Shown here one piece after another: positions 63,681 to 64,000 of a stretch of 64,000 nucleotides of DNA. Under the pieces are notes generated by a model. That model was not told where the DNA came from. It saw only the letters and a program-made list of their open reading frames with translations, and made no database searches. The stretch's first letter is position 1. Every line of letters starts with the position of its first letter. This stretch comes from Eledone cirrhosa (taxonomy: Eukaryota). The stretch lies in NCBI GenBank assembly GCA_964016885.1, contig OZ024748.1:44330001-44394000 (forward strand), read 5' to 3'. Made by a program: the position numbers and the translations under genes.

Positions 63681-63758
63681 GTATAAGAGAAACTAGGAAC
63701 GAAAGATAGAGAGAGAGAGATGGGGGAACGGAGACTGTTCATTAGACTTGTCTGTCTG

Positions 63759-63816
<58 letters not shown>

Positions 63817-63850
63817 CACGTCCCATCTCTGTCGCTCCTTCCCCTCCCTG

Positions 63851-63914
<64 letters not shown>

Positions 63915-64000
63915 CATGTCTAATGATGGGACGCTCTCTCTCCTCCATATATATATACACACACCACCTTTCTCTCTCCCTATATATATATATATATATA

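Noticed and set aside
63741-63940. Short inverted matches (CATTAGAC/GTCTAATG, CGTCCCATC/GATGGGACG) among (TA)n(GA)n
   Set aside because: Too short and embedded in low-complexity DNA to interpret.

Overview
This is a eukaryotic (animal), AT-rich window made almost entirely of repeats, and I can recognise no host protein-coding gene in it. The repeat landscape (tRNA-head Meta-type and CORE-type SINEs, RTE LINEs with (ATG)n tails, large (TA)n/(CA)n/(GATA)n fields) resembles an Octopus/coleoid cephalopod genome; this is inference. Five Tx1/L1-clade LINE copies from two families all lie on the minus strand, and all sit in (GATA)n-type DNA. Also present are several RTE fragments, about nine copies of one CORE-like SINE with two alternative RTE-derived tails, Meta-type SINEs, two head-to-tail non-autonomous Helitrons, piggyBac/hAT/Tc1-like MITEs, a probable solo LTR and more than ten minisatellites. 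Several of the minisatellites visibly arose inside or from transposon sequence. The most interesting hidden layer is a set of short ORF-less inserts, mostly in (TA)n tracts, that carry hammerhead-ribozyme motifs. There are about seven loci from about five unrelated families, two with long inverted duplications; this resembles Penelope-like pLTRs, with unusually long helix-II insertions. Two further candidates are a covarying ~100-nt hairpin family and a splice-site-like signal that could fuse Tx1 ORF1 to ORF2 in frame. Nearly all long ORFs in the supplied track are microsatellite artefacts.
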